Below are positions 13,184 to 25,299 of a DNA stretch of 64,000 bases, piece by piece. The translations under genes were made by a program, and so were the position numbers. This DNA is from Eledone cirrhosa (lineage: Eukaryota), in assembly GCA_964016885.1 (NCBI GenBank), contig OZ024740.1, positions 200,074,001 through 200,138,000 of the forward strand, read 5' to 3'. Numbering within the stretch: the stretch's first letter is position 1; every line of letters starts with the position of its first letter. The notes beneath the pieces were generated by a model. The model was not told the DNA's origin. It made no database searches and was given only the letters and a program-made list of their open reading frames with translations.

Positions 13184-14289
13184 GCTGAATGACACAAGCA
13201 ACAGCAACAGCTACACCAACACAAATGACGACAACAGCCACAACAAACAAGAACAACAGTAATAACAAAGTGTAATTGTAATTTGCAAGATCAAAGAAAC
13301 CGGGAGATAATTAAGTGAACAAACACAACAGCAATCACATAAACAAGCTGTTAGAGAACTAATTAATAAGTCCGTTTAATTACTTAAGAAAAACAATCAA
13401 ATATATTAATAGATAAGTAGAAATAATTGGGTGGAAGTCGAATCGGTTGGAGTTATGTGAAACCCACGAAATGGACGGTAAAAGTATTTATGTATAATGC
13501 CTGCGACACAAACACACAGACACACACAAACTCACACACACTCACGGAGATGAAGAACATTTGAAAGGGAAGTTTATATATTTATAAATATCCACAACAG
13601 TTTTTAAAGCTTAGTCAGGAGAAATGGCAGTGTCCATGACCCTTTCCAGAGCACTCCGATACGGGTGGAATAATGAGGGAGCTGAAGGTTTTGACAAAGG
13701 TATCCTTAAACCGTAGACCAGCTCCAAGGACCACAGATGATGGTGGCGTTAAATTGTGTGACGCTATGTAGTTGGTGAATATGATGAAATGATGATGTTA
13801 ATAATAATAATATCAATAATAATGATAATAATAGTCTAAGTATTAATTAGTTACTTAGTGGGTGGGGAAATCAACTGAATTTTCAAAGGGCATTATTTTC
13901 ATTGATAAACAAAGCAAAAATACATGCATGTGTGTGTGTGTGTGTGTGTGTGTACACATGAGAGTGTGTATGTGTTTATGTGTGTGTGTATGTGCATATA
14001 TGTATATTTATAGGTTGATTCTATATGTCCCCCACACAGTGTAGTACCGTTGTCATTGTCACAGAACTATCATCCTGCTGGCTGCAAGTGGGTGCTTCTT
14101 TGCATGAGTTAGTGAGTTAGTCAGCTGGATGACGCGGTGCAGTGCACAGACAGACAGAACAACAGCAGCAGCAGTAGCAGCAGCCACACCGGCACAAACA
14201 GCAGCAGCAACCACAGCAGTAGTCAGTGCAGTTATAAGTACTAGAAAATGTTACGATCTTTTTTATTGTCATTTGTGGTCGCTTTTTCT

Positions 14290-14850
14290 GTGATGTTGTT
14301 TAGCTCTAGATAAACATTTGTTAGATTAGACCTGTATCTAAGCGGTTCCAGGCGTGACTCTCGCGTTTTACGCTACATCTACCTCAACCAAAGTGTTTGT
14401 TTTTTTTGTTTGTTGCTGTTAAACCAAGTTAGCTTTGCTCAATCAGACCTATAGCAAAGTACTGACACTCCTGTCGTTAAATATGTTGGAATGTACCCCT
14501 CAATATATCGTACTTGTCGTTTGTTGTTGTTTACTTCTCGGTGGGATATGATATATTAGGCATAAAAGTATGAGGCCCGGCGGTGATCTTCCCGCTTGCC
14601 TCCAAGATATTCTGTATGTATGACTACATCAACAAAGATGTTTGTTTTATTAAATGTTGTTTTTGTCATTGTTTAACTCTAGGTCTGCTTTGATCGTTCA
14701 GAGCTTTGTTATAGTGGTTCCAGCCATGACTGTCGCGCCTTTTCCAACGTGTTTAAGACTACATTACTCAATATCTGATGTTTTGTTTGATTGTATAGAT
14801 CTACGTGAACCTTGATATATTAAATCTATACCATAGCTGTCAACCTCTAG
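14290..14850. repeat. Highly diverged tandem array, about five units of roughly 110-140 bp
   Basis: Recurring ttgtttag/aactctag..gatc/agacct..gttccag.c.tgact..cgc blocks at about 14293, 14412, 14525, 14668 and 14790. Confidence 0.45.
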
Positions 14851-15029
14851 TCTTTTTTTTTTATTTTCTTTCAAAACTTTGAATCTACACCAAACAGTGC
14901 TTCGTTTTATATTATTTTAACTATACATTTTATTTGATCAATCGAAATTGTATGATAATTAAAATAATGTGGCTGCTATTTCTAGCAGTTTTAACATATA
15001 GATTCTCTAGCTAGAGGTGCCGCTGTTGA

Positions 15030-16150
15030 TGAAGCTGGTGGCGGCGGTGGTGATAGTGTTCATAACTACAGGGGTTGGGTTGATTTTATAGCATTGTGTA
15101 GTGGTTGTTATAGAAATAAATATGTTGATGGTGGTGGCGAGGATGCAGGTGCATGCAGTGTTGTTATTGCTGCTATTGTTATTGTTGGTGGAGTTCTAGT
15201 TGTTGGGAGGCGCTTTGATAATACTGTTACCGTGGTGAAAATAGACGTGCTTGCATGTTACCTGTTGTTGTAGTTAGTGGTGGTGTTGGTAGGATGACAG
15301 TGGTTATAATGTTTATAAAAGGATGGTTTACATAAATGGTAGTGATGATTGGTGTGTTAGCGCCTGGGTTGGTATTGTTAGTGGAGAAGGTGTTATTAGT
15401 CGTAATAGTTGTTTCTACTTTTGGCACAAGGCCAGCAATTAATCCAATGTATTACTGGTACTTTATTTTATCGACCCCATAAGGATGAAAGGCAAAGTTA
15501 ACCTCGGCGGGATTTGAACTCAGACCATAAAGGGCCGTAACTCTTTGCTGCAAAGCATGGTGTCCGACCCTCCACCGATACTGCCAATCCACGACCCTAT
15601 TAGTGGTAATAGTGATAGATATGTTATTGCTTTTGGTGTTGGTTGTTGGTGTTGGATTTGTTAGTGCAGGTGATTCTGTTGGTGTTGATATGAATGTTCG
15701 ATGTTTGTAGTATTAGACTTGGTGTTGACGTTGATCATGGTGCAGATATTAATACCGAAGATGTTTATACTGATAGTAGCAGTGATAGTGATGTTGTTGT
15801 TGTTGATGCTGGTGGTAATGGTGGTTTTGTAAGTGGTAATGGTGATGCTTTTGGTAGTGGTGATGATGTTAGTAATGATAGCGATGATGTTTATGTTAAA
15901 GTAATGAAGCTGCTGTTGGAGTTGGTGACATTGAGTGTGATAGCGATTAAGGTGGTACTGATTATGGTGATGGGAGCGATGGTAAGAGTGGTGATGGTGG
16001 TGGTGGTGGTGGTGGTGGTGATGGCGTCAGCAATTTCAGCATCAGTTAAAGCAGCAGGTACAAACGGAGTTCAACACTAGTAGCGACAGCAACAGCAGTA
16101 AGAAAAGTAACAACAGCAGCGACAACAGCCGCAACAACCAATACCAAAAC
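15030..16150. repeat. Degenerate (GTT/GGT/GAT)n low-complexity region
   Basis: Seen directly; the ORFs here are compositional artefacts. Confidence 0.75.
15410..15598 (-). mobile_element. tRNA-derived Nin/Deu-domain SINE, full length
   Basis: Reverse complement closely matches 38066-38240. Confidence 0.85.
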
Positions 16151-16341
16151 TAATGACATGAGGCTGGATTGCTGGTGACAAAATCAGAAACTGGTGAGGT
16201 GTGACAGATCGGCTAACAGAGAGTGTGAGTAATAGGCTAAGAAATGGACCGTGAAATGTGAACGTGTGTGGTTTCTGTGATTTTTCATAAACAAATACAG
16301 ACTGTGTTATATAAATAATATATATATACAGTGCATCTTCG

Positions 16342-16403
<62 letters not shown>

Positions 16404-16411
16404 ATATATAT

Positions 16412-16512
16412 AGTCGAGGTTAACTTTGCCTTTCATCTTGACAGGGTCGATAAAATAAAAAGCACCAGTAATGCACTGGAATAATTGCTGGCCTTGCACC
16501 AAATATAGAAAC
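16412..16512 (+). mobile_element. SINE 3' half
   Basis: cgaggttaactttgcctttcatcttgacagggtcgataaaataaaagcaccagtaatgcactgg. Confidence 0.75.
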
Positions 16513-16588
16513 AATAATATATGTGTGTATATATATACCTATATATATATATATATACATACAGATGTAAATACACACATGTATATAC

Positions 16589-16645
<57 letters not shown>

Positions 16646-16646
<1 letters not shown>

Positions 16647-16765
16647 GATATAGAAATGGCTTCTACAGCACTAGAATTGTTTAATTCGAAGGAAATCATC
16701 AGGAAAGCCTGATGATTTCCTTCGAATGAAACACTTCTAGTCCTGTAGAAACCATTTCTCTATCA
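16646..16765. repeat. 120-bp palindrome whose arms each carry a hammerhead-like core (head-to-head PLE terminus fragment)
   Basis: ...gaaggaaatcatcagg-aaag-cctgatgatttccttc...; right arm reads CTGATGA-t-ttc-cttc-gaa-t-GAAA. Confidence 0.7.
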
Positions 16766-16866
16766 AATATTAATACTCTGCTACGTATTGTGCACCTTAC
16801 TTACTGTGGTTTCCCCGGGATACACATATCATTTAGCCGGTATACACACACACACACACACATAAA

Positions 16867-16941
<75 letters not shown>

Positions 16942-17355
16942 GGTGGATGTATGCATGTGTGGGGGTATATTAATATATAGAAAGTGGGGATGGGGAGACA
17001 CACAAATAGAAGAAGCGACGAGGAATATGAAACATAAGAGAAAAATTGAATGGAAGGAAATGTAGGAGGTGTGCATTTTCGTGGGGCGGGGAGTAGAAAA
17101 AAATAAGAATTGTGGAGTAGGGAAAGGGAAGAATAGATTGTATTAAAATAGAGTGAAATCGTAGTTTACGAAAAGAATAGTGTATTAATAAATGGGAACG
17201 AGAGTTCAAAAACAGATAAAAACGTGTCTAAAAATAATGTCAAATCAGCGCAGGTCTATTTTGTGTATTTAAGAGGAAGTGTCTTCTAAGATAGCCTCAA
17301 GTCGCCATATTGACATATGCCTCGTGGGTGGAAGCTGATTGACGAAATATATATA

Positions 17356-18060
17356 TACGAGGTGTGTCAGACAAGTTCCAGGACTGATGTCACAAAAGAT
17401 TTATTTCAAACCTAAACTTCAGACTAAGAGTGTTCTCCTTCAAAATAACCCCCTGGAGACTAATGCACCTGCCCATCCTCTTTTGCCACGCTTGCATGTA
17501 CTACAGGAAGTATTCTTCCGGGATCCTCTACATTTCCGTCGTCACGGCCTTTTTGATGTCGTCCACGTCTTCAAAACGGGTCCCCTCCGGGTCGTACTCG
17601 ACGATCCATGACCGGTGATGACCGTCCCTAGCATGTTTGGTTCGGTTTCAAGACGCTCGAAGATGTCGTGGCACACTTGCATGCGTCGACCCTTCTGGTC
17701 ACCGTCAGCAGTTTTGGCATCATCTTCGCGCAGACTTTCCGCATGTCCAAATCTTCAGTGAGAATCTTCCAGACGCTGTCCCGATTCATGCCCAGCTCAT
17801 TTGCCATCAGTCGAACAGTCAGCCGACGATCGCTACGCACCATCTGCCTGACGCGCTCAACGTAGACCGCAGTTCTGGTTGTTGAGGGCCTTCCGCTCCT
17901 GGGGTCATTTTGCACCACTCAAAACACGTGAGCGTGACATCGTCTTATCTCCATACACTTGTTGCAGCAATCCCAGTGCTTCTGAGCGTGTTTTACCAAA
18001 CCGAACCAGAAACTTCAAGTTTGTTCGTTGCTCTGTTCTCATTGCTTGACGACCTGAAAC
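17356..18060 (-). mobile_element. Tc1/mariner transposase relic, internally deleted, one TIR visible
   Basis: MRTEQRTNLKFLVRFGKT (about 18042 downward); DPRSGRPST..DRRLTVR..ILTEDLDMRKVCAKMMPKLLT (ORF 17628-17918); C-terminal CIS.QG.YFE-like block at about 17440; TA-cgaggtgtgtc terminus at 17356. Confidence 0.85.
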
Positions 18061-18348
18061 AGAGGACATGTATATAAAATTATGAAGAAAAAAGTTTGAT
18101 CGCTGCAGAGAGTTAAGATTAGAGTTACATACTCTATATATATATAGTATTAAGGATATTATTTATGGTTATGTATATACTAAAACCTTTTATAGTTATA
18201 TATATTTTATACCCTAAATAGTGAAAGACAGTAATTTATTACTATCTTATTACCAGTAAGTTAAATAGCTCAATGTAACAACATCAGTTGTTTTACAGTG
18301 CAGTTATATAGAGATTACATGAATCAAAGTTCTGTTTAAATCATTTAT

Positions 18349-18397
18349 TTGCTTACAATTGTTTCTCCCACACCGAGGTTTGGTGTCTTCGGAGCAA
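18349..18397 (-). ncRNA. Hammerhead-like motif with CCGAAGA core
   Basis: ttgct-CCGAAGA-caccaaacctcggtgtggga-GAAA-caattg-TA-agcaa. Confidence 0.55.
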
Positions 18398-21306
18398 TTA
18401 TTCAGTGATTTTTAACATACTTGACCTCCTTTTCAACACAAGAGACATATGTATATATTCACCCACAGTGGGTTGACATCCACTATAATAATATAGCATG
18501 GGTAATTTACATACAAAGATTACAGTCATATTAAAGGACAAAATTAAAGTTAAAATTAAAATTAAAGTTAAAATAAAACATTGGCAGCTTACTAAGATTA
18601 AACAAGAGGAAAGTTTGGAGTATCCAGTGTATGCAACAGTCACACGTGTGGCATGCACGCGTATCCTATTTATACAAGATTATAATGCAGCAGATTGTTA
18701 CATGTAAAACAAGCAATTAAGATCATCATGGGGGCTGTACTGGTAAAGCATTATTCACACACACCTGTACGATATAGAAGCCCGTTTGTAGAGAAACACC
18801 AAAAATATTTAAAATATTACAAATGAGAAGCAAAACAGCACCACTGTCCTCATACACACCACCACTCTCACAATCTAGGAAACGCAATTTATAGACTACT
18901 TGTCCATCACACAATCCACGATGATTCAACATTGGGTGCCTGGTGAACCATGCTAGAACATCACAGCTTGTCGTTCTTTAATTCGATTCTATAGATCAGG
19001 TTGTATTTGTTGTGAGAGTTGACATCGTATTATATTCCTGATGTGTGTGTGATTAAGGGGAGTTAATGCGTAAGGGGAAGTAACTAGCTGATTTCTATAG
19101 CTAAATTTATTATCCTAAAGTACATTAATGGTGTCTCAAATGAGTTCCTATCATATAAGGTTATAAACAATTTCTAAATTTAAGTATCTTATCTATAAAT
19201 TACAGTGTAGTCTATCAAGAAGTACTAAAGGTGTTCATATTAGGATGTTTACCTTCTATCATAGAGTGCCACCACCGAATATTCCACATGAAGAGTAAGA
19301 TCTCCAAATCAATGATCTTTGTAAGTGTAGTCCACCCGCAGAACCTGGCAGGGACTTATTAGAATCACTTCTATATATGACTCCTGGTAAGCTCTGGGTC
19401 ATTGCATGTCTGATTACATGGCAAAGTTAAATATTACTAGGGTAGTCCAGAGATCAATTCTCACTTACAAAGACACTAATCTGACCATCAAGTCAAACAT
19501 GTATTTATAACTCATACATTACCTGTACATAATTCATTGCACTCAGCATATAGATTATATAGCTCTTTTATGTTAATAAATTAATTACTTAATCTTCCAT
19601 TTATCCAATGATGGCACTACATACACAGGACAATGTTAGCATAACCAATTCTGTGCTTAAAGTTTACATTAATTATATATTGTTTTAATGTAGTCTAAGT
19701 AATTGAAGGCCAATATACCAAAAGTAGAAGTACATGGGGATATCTCTAGGGAAAAATGTACTAGGAGGATGTCACTATTTGCGTTAAAGTGGATTAATGG
19801 GTGTGGAGATGAGGCGTAAGGTGTGCCCCTGATGATTGTTGCTAGAGGTGGTGGCGGGTTCAAGTCTGACATTGTTATATATTGGGTTTAAAGTTTTGGA
19901 AGGAGTGTCGGAAGCGGTGTTGGCAAGACGCGAACACTTCTGATTTTTTATTAAGGAGGTTATGGTTTGAGAAGATGATAGTATGGGTCTCTAGTAGACA
20001 GAAGTTACAAAATTTATTAGGTGGTTTGTACGATGTCGCGTTACCTATCACTTCCCATTTAAGTGTATATGGTTTATTTTTAGTTTTTAGATAGTGTATG
20101 TAGCTAGATAGTGAAGTGGAGTTGGCTAGACTGTGTTTTTTGAAAGAGTAGAGGTGCGAATTGTATCTGGTTTTGAAGCAGTTTGAAGTAGAGCCTATAT
20201 AGGTTTCAGAAGAGTTGCTAGTTGTGACTGTGCATGAGTATAAGATATCCTTGGTTAAGCATTTTTTATCTAAAGGGCAGGTTCTATTTGATCTACAGTT
20301 ACAATTATTCTGGGTGTTATTCTGCCGGTTATTATGCTGTGTAGAAGTCTGGATGGTAGCTATAGGGTTATGGTTATGTGGGTTGACGTTCCCAGCGTTA
20401 TTGTTTACACTAGTGCTATTACTATTATTTCTATTGATATTAGGGTTAGTTGCTATTACTATTATTTTTATTGATATTAGGGTTAGTTGCTATAATGTTA
20501 TTTTGAAGGTTTATCGTCTGTTGTGATTTAGTTTGCTGGAAGTAAGAATTAATTTTTCGTTTATTGCTACTAGGTATGTGGTATGCTATGTTATGCGTAG
20601 TAGAGTAGGAGATTTTAATAGTGTTTTTGTTTAAAAGGCTGTGGTACTTGTGGCCGGATAGGAAGTTTTTTATCTAGTAGTTAGAAGAAAGCCCTAGGTA
20701 GGTTGGTAGAGACGTTTAAATTGAAAGGAGGGTTGAAAAATGTATTATTTCTTCTATTTTTGTTTTTTATGTCTGTTGAGTTGTTTCCTTTTATGGTACT
20801 ATGGTAATTTCTGTGGTGTGGGTTACTTTTGTTGGCATCCTCCGTATTAGTGTGTGTGTGGTTGCTATTCCTATTACTAAATTTCCTCAGGGACATGTTG
20901 TGCGAAATAATGTTGTAGCTATGTGTTTTTGTAGGTAGGAACGCGATCTCTATATTATGGCCTGATCTAGCTAGTTTTTGCTAAATATGTTTACGTCATA
21001 GGATAGATTAGAGATTTTATTAGATACTCCCTTAGAGATAGAGTTTAATATAGATCTAGGGTGGTTAGACTTGGTATCTACGTAAATGAGTTTTTCATTA
21101 GGTTTGTGGAAAGGTGCATATATCTTTGAGTCTAGGTAGAGGGTGGCGTCCAGGAAGTTAACGTTTTTAGTGTAATCTTTGTATGTAAATTACCCTGCTA
21201 TATTATTATAATGGATGTCAACCCACTGTGGGTGAATATATACATATGTTTCTATATGTCTCTTGTGTTGAAAAGGAGGTCAAGTATGTTAAAAATCACT
21301 GAATAA

Positions 21307-21355
21307 TTGCTCCGAAGAGACCAAACCTCGGTTTGGAAGAAACAATTGTAAGCAA
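21307..21355 (+). ncRNA. Hammerhead-like motif with CCGAAGA core
   Basis: ttgct-CCGAAGA-ga-ccaaacc-tc-ggtttgg-aa-GAAA-caattg-TA-agcaa. Confidence 0.6.
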
Positions 21356-21390
21356 GCAAATAAATGATTTAAACACAACTTTGATTCATG

Positions 21391-21477
<87 letters not shown>

Positions 21478-21479
21478 TA

Positions 21480-22534
21480 ATAAGAATCAAAGTTCTGTTC
21501 AAATCATTTATATGCTTACAATTGTTTCCTCCAAACCTAGGTTTGGATTCTTCGGAGCAATTTATTAATGAATGATCACATACATGACCTCCCTTTCACC
21601 CCGAGAGACATACAGAAACATATGCATATATTATGCTTGGTGGGTTGACCTCCATTATAACATTTAGCGTGGCAGTATACATTTAAAGATTACAGTCATA
21701 TCAAATTATAGATAGGACACTTTAAATGTTTAGAAACTGTTTATAAGCAGATCAGATAGGGACTCTTTAGAGACAATATTTAATGTACATTAGGATAATA
21801 AATTTAATTATAGAAATCATCGAGTTACCTCCCCTCACGCATTAACTCCCCTTAGTCACACACACACTTCCGGAAAATAATACGATGCTAATTCTCGCAA
21901 CTAAAACAACCTGCTATATAAATTAGACTAAAGACCAACAAACTATGATACTCTAACAGAATCATCAAACATCCAATATTGAATCGTCGTGGATTATGTG
22001 AGGCGCATATAATCTAGATATTACGCCCTCCGGACTGTGAAAATGGTGCTGTACACGAAAACCATAACATCGCTTTGCTACACATTTCTAATATTTTTAA
22101 TATTTATAATATTTCTCTACACACAAGCTTGTATAACATTCATATAAAATATACATTACCAGTACAACCCCCTTAATACTCTTGATTAGCCGCTTGAAGT
22201 GCTTGTATTACATGTAACACCCTGCCGTACTATAATAGTATATAAATAAGACACACGTGCTTGCCACACGTGTAACTATTGCACACACTAACTGCTTGTG
22301 ACTATCCTATCGCATTAATTACATGTTGTATTTTAACTTTAATTTTAATTTTATCCTCATTTGTTATGACTGTAATCTTTAAATGTTTACTGCCACGCTA
22401 AATGTTATAATGGAGGTCAACCCACCAAGCAACAATATATGCATATGTTTCTGTATGTCTCTTGGGTTGAAAGGGAGGTCATGTATGTGATCATTCATTA
22501 ATAAATTGCTCCGAAGAATCCAAACATCGGTTTG
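21480..22534 (+). mobile_element. PLE 3' UTR fragment of a sister family, with fold-back ends
   Basis: 21700-22534 resembles the reverse complement of 18375-19180; about 21535-21700 is the reverse complement of about 22365-22534. Confidence 0.75.
21513..21559 (-). ncRNA. Hammerhead-like motif with CCGAAGA core
   Basis: tgct-CCGAAGA-a-tccaaacc-ta-ggtttgga-g-GAAA-caattg-TA-agca. Confidence 0.6.
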
Positions 22535-23603
22535 AATAAAATTAGTCCTTCATCAGTGATGTTCCAACTTCTATTGGTATTTCATCGCTTTAAAAATCAT
22601 ATACCTTTGATTGGTGCGAGCAATAAATAAATAATGTTATTGGGACAAGTAAAATAGGGTGAAACGAGCGAGACGTGTAAACAAACAACAATGGTATTGC
22701 AACGGAAAGTTAGGAAGAGATAAGTACATGATATATGTAAGCTTAAGCTTGGTGAATTCATGGACGAGATATACAGACCATCCGTCATGGATGAGATGTG
22801 AGCGAGAAAAGGATTTCACACAGGTTAAACGGGAGGAAGTGAGAGAGGGGGAGAAGCAGAGAGTGAGTGAGTGGAAGTGTGAGGAAGAGGCCAGCCGAGA
22901 GAGAGTGTGACTGGCAGAGGGGGTAAAAAGAAGGTGAGTGATACAGAGAGAGGGGAAGCTGTAAGAAAGAAACAGACAATCGCAGCCGAGGAAAAAAGAT
23001 AAATATGAGAAAAATGGAGTGCTGCATGGTTGCACATGGGTCACATATGAATAAAATTAGTCCTTCATCAGTGATCCTCCAACTCTCATTGGTATTTCAT
23101 CGCCTTAAAAATCATATACCTCTGGTTGCTGCGAGCAATAACTAAATAAAGTTATTGGGACAAGTAAAATACTGCTTCCCCTCTCTCTGTATCTCTCACC
23201 TTCTTTTTACCCCCTCTGCCAGTCACACTCTCTCTCGGCTGGCCTCTTCCTCACACTTCCATTCACTCACTCTCTGCTTCTCCCCCTCTCTCACTTCCTC
23301 CCGTTTGACCTGTGTGAAATCCTTTTCTCGCTCACATCTCACCCATGTCGGATGGTATGTATCTCTCGTCCATGAATTCACCTAGCTTAAGCTTACAGAT
23401 ATCATGTACTTGTCTCTTCCTATCTTTCCGTTGCAATACCATCGTTGTTTGTTTACATGTCTCGCTCGTTTCACCCCATCTTACGTGTCCCAATAACTTT
23501 ATTTAGTTATTGCTCGCACCAACCAGAGGTATATGATTTTTAAAGCGATGAAATACCAATGAAAGTTGGAAGATCACTGATGAAGGACTAATTTTATTCA
23601 TAT
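22533..23603. mobile_element. Non-coding element: about 515-bp unit, a 120-bp direct partial repeat, and a 430-bp inverted copy
   Basis: aataaaattagtccttcatcagtgat at 22535 and 23050; 23173-23603 is the reverse complement of about 22533-22960. Confidence 0.8.
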
Positions 23604-23612
23604 ACACACACT

Positions 23613-23647
<35 letters not shown>

Positions 23648-24294
23648 GAGTATATGCTCCGAAATCAATAGACGTGTCGGAGGAACCTGCGAGCCTAGAG
23701 TCAGGTAGATCCACACACGGATCGCACCTTGAGCTGTTCGCCGGGGAAACAATTGTAACACACAATAAAATGAGTTCTGATGCATCACTGATTTTTCATT
23801 TTCCATTCTATATATATATATATAAATGAAGTATTTCCGTAGGAAAGGTAAAGGAAAAGAGAGTAAAAATGTAGGCTACAGAGCTTTTTAGTTATGTAAT
23901 AAACAACATAAGATAATTATGTCATTTACCAGTGATTTCTTGAAGACAGATATTTATATCTCTATTCATTCATTAGAATGAATAAGATAGAATGTTCATT
24001 AAGTATGGATTTGAAAACAAAATTTAGGAAATATGAAAATGATGCTGAAATCAAATAGCGAGCAAAATACATAAACATACACACACTCAAACATACGCCT
24101 ATACGTAAAAGTACGTAAACGTATACATTCTCACATAACTGTATGTGGGTCTACATGGAAATACGAAAACACACATATAAACGTGTATTTTTGCTCACAC
24201 ATGCGCACACAGAGAGTCACAGACTCACGCATGTACTCAATAATAACGTTAAATCTATATATACACACATATGCATATCCCTCCATACACATGT

Positions 24295-24345
<51 letters not shown>

Positions 24346-24356
24346 TATAATTATAG

Positions 24357-25217
24357 GTGAGTATCAAACAGGTATATTTTCATATATTTTTATATCTGTA
24401 TATCTGTTTGACCCGAAATAGGAGATCGAATCTTCGCTGTGTGGATGATTAGTTTAACCACCATCTCAGTGTGTTTGGCCTTTAACGTAAGTTGTAAGCT
24501 CTAATTCATTTGAATTATCGAGCGCTTGCCTCACAATTCGAAAGTGTTTTCTCGTTATTTCATGGGCTGGAATTCGATTCTCGCTAATTTTTACTTGTAT
24601 TAATCTCCAGAGTCTAGCTATTGGCCAGTTAATTTTATTGACTGGTTTTGGTCTACTCTATTGACTGCCGAATAGCTGTGTTATATTTAACCACTCTGTC
24701 GAGAGCTTCATTCGATTTGTGATATTTTGCATTTTCGCAATATTATACACAGATGAATTCAATCGCCTAATTTAGGTGTTGCCTCCCTTGCTGAACCCCA
24801 CGTGGGGTCGGTTACAGACACATCTAGGTGGACTTTCGAACTGAATCCCGTTGATAACGCGTACTCCTAGTTCAGTCAGGATACGAGAAACTAAACATCC
24901 TTTATGTAAGTGGACAGTAAATGACTTATGGAGCCGCAGAAACCCCAACACTGGACTTTACCATCATCCCAGGGGTCCGGGTGAGTATCAAACAGGTATA
25001 ATTTCATATATTTTTATATCTGTATATCTATTTGACCCGAAATAGGAGATCGAAACTTCGCTGTGTGGATGATTAGTTTAACCACCATCTCAGTGTGTTT
25101 GGCCTTTAACGTAAGTTGTAAGCTCTAATTCATTTGAATTATCTAGCGCTTGCCTCACAATTCGAAAGTGTTTTCTCGTTATTTCATAGGCTGGAATTCG
25201 ATTCTCGCTAATTTTTA

Positions 25218-25220
<3 letters not shown>
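24357..25220 (+). mobile_element. Non-coding element with about 240-bp terminal direct repeats (period about 623 bp), inserted in (TA)n
   Basis: ggtgagtatcaaacaggtata...ctcgctaatttttactt at 24357-24598 and 24980-25220. Confidence 0.8.
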
Positions 25221-25292
<72 letters not shown>

Positions 25293-25299
25293 GTGTGTG

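Larger units (their letters stand above)
18310..21395 (-). mobile_element. 5'-truncated PLE (RT thumb, GIY-YIG, long 3' UTR) with an inverted copy of its 3' end at the 5' side
   Basis: Minus strand reads VNFLDATL, FHKPN, FFNPPFN (ORF 20681-20896), CNC..CPL...CL, YIGSTS..FKTRYNSH. 21185-21395 is the reverse complement of about 18310-18515. Confidence 0.85.

Noticed and set aside
14290-14850. CRISPR-like array (also considered for 9310-9520 and 54015-54625)
   Set aside because: Units are diverged along their whole length with no constant repeat and unique spacer pattern; eukaryotic context with no cas genes.
23655-23760. Additional CCGA-type hammerhead (tgctccgaaat...gaaacaattgta)
   Set aside because: G8/A9 are missing and stem I does not close; at best a decayed relative.
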